From: Trichosphaerium sp. ATCC 40318
Taxonomy: Eukaryota > Protista > Tubulinea
Length of the DNA stretch: 64,000 nt
Assembly (NCBI GenBank): GCA_038496445.1
Contig: JALMLS010000013.1
Span: 62,001-126,000, forward strand
Direction: 5' to 3'
Position 1 is the stretch's first letter. Each line of letters starts with the position of its first letter. The translations under genes were made by a program, and so were the position numbers. Shown in pieces: positions 62,680 to 64,000 of the stretch. The notes beneath the pieces are model-generated. The model made no database searches and was not told the origin of the DNA. It worked only from the letters and a program-made list of their open reading frames with translations.

Positions 62680-62970
62680 AATAGCTCTGCCTACTTGCTT
62701 GGTAGTATAATGGCGGTACAACTAAAATAAAACAATAAAAACCGTTGACCGCTTAAGCTACCTTCTAATTGTACTAAACGAGAAAGAAGACATGATCCAC
62801 GTTTATTTATGTAATAATACGTCTGAAAATAACAGTTTGAGTACAGTTACGCAGAGTTTTGTTGATTAGTAGCTTTTTTTTTTTTACAATTTTCTGAACT
62901 TCAACGCTTTGTCTTTCTCAGTCGTATATGTTCAAAGGAAATTCCTTGAGAATGTATACCTATAACAGAC

Positions 62971-64000
62971 TCAATTTAGTACGTTGTTATGAAGTATTCT
63001 ATTCCGTTTTTGTACCTGTACAATACCGAAAATACCGAGAATGAAAAGAACTGTCGCAACAACAAAACTTAATACTGTTCTCGATACTTTTGAACTGAAA
63101 ATCGCTGCTAGAAGAGCTGATACACCAGAAATAAGAGAAGGTATAAGAATATATGGATAAAGAGTTTCTAAAGGGCTGACTCTTCCTTTTGATGATCCAA
63201 ACTCGAACATGCATACTACTGTTGCTGACATTGAGAAAACGAGCACGTGACTAGTTCCTGTTGCAGTAACGAGTTCCCATCTTTCCAAAAAAGCGAATAA
63301 AATTAGAATAAACACGTGACATAAATAGAGAAAATATGAGAAAAAGAAGGTGGTACCCCAAGAAAGCACAAAAACAAATAATCAGAAGAGTTCCACTTCC
63401 AACCCCTATTAACCCGCTAGCAGCCGCTGCTGCCGCTATTGCCATTATACACATACTATGAGCATAGATATTACAAGGTATACTTCTTTTGGGTTCAGGT
63501 AAGTCAGCAGTAATATCATCGAACCTAAACAAAAACAAGGTTAAACTATAGAAAAAATATATCATCGTACGATTCTGGTTGATCCATGCCTTCATAAACA
63601 GCCTTGAAATTTTACTTTAGGTATTTGCATGTAAGTACACGCGTTCTAAAAACTTACACGAACTTTGTCCTTCTTCCACTCTTGTACCCATTCTCTGACG
63701 CCTATTTCCAGAATGAATCATTTTTACTCAACAACCGCCAATCGTATTAACCGTCAAAAAGCAATTGAGTGTAAATTATCTCAAAAGAACTGAGGGCGAT
63801 AAAACGGAGTAAAATAGAAAAGGAGATGAAAAGTAAAGTGTCATCGTTTTTATAAGCGAAAAAGTTTACCTTTTATCAAAAACACTGCTGCGAATAACAA
63901 AGCCTTTGACCATTGTTAGAAACATGTCAAGATACAGAAATACATACTAGGTAACCACCACCTTGTGCCAAGAGCGTATTAATAAACTGCCATTGAAGAA
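62971..64000 (-). CDS. Sulfite exporter TauE/SafE-like membrane protein, 3' part (continues beyond window)
   Basis: SGLIGVGSGTLLI followed by TATGTS and further TM helices. Confidence 0.6.

Noticed and set aside
1-64000. Alternative genetic code to explain the fragmented ORFs
   Set aside because: Rac, AKR, vanin and other genes splice into open frames with GT-AG introns under the standard code.
1-64000. CRISPR array, rRNA, operons or an intact transposase/RT
   Set aside because: No repeat-spacer array, rRNA motif or recognisable transposase/RT domain seen.

Overview
AT-rich, gene-dense eukaryotic nuclear DNA with many short (about 30-150 nt) GT-AG introns and the standard genetic code. The supplied ORFs are mostly exon fragments, so I spliced genes by hand; boundaries are approximate. 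Gene content (Roco, RasGAP, Rac, CAR-type reductase, F-box/LRR, MORN2) suggests an amoebozoan-like protist (inference). I can support about 22 protein genes, one tRNA-Leu(AAG) and a small inverted-repeat element family. Most notable: (1) a circularly permuted tRNA-like unit at about 60642-60774 with TATA box, T-run terminator and paired ends; (2) a Roco gene with an unusual Rho-like pseudoGTPase-Roc-COR-ADP-ribosyltransferase-receiver-like architecture; (3) an unidentified, highly structured RNA-like element of about 280 nt at 20323-20611; (4) a chimeric tRNA split in the T-loop inside a perfect 156-bp inverted duplication; (5) roughly ten-fold excess of CACGTG, often in introns.
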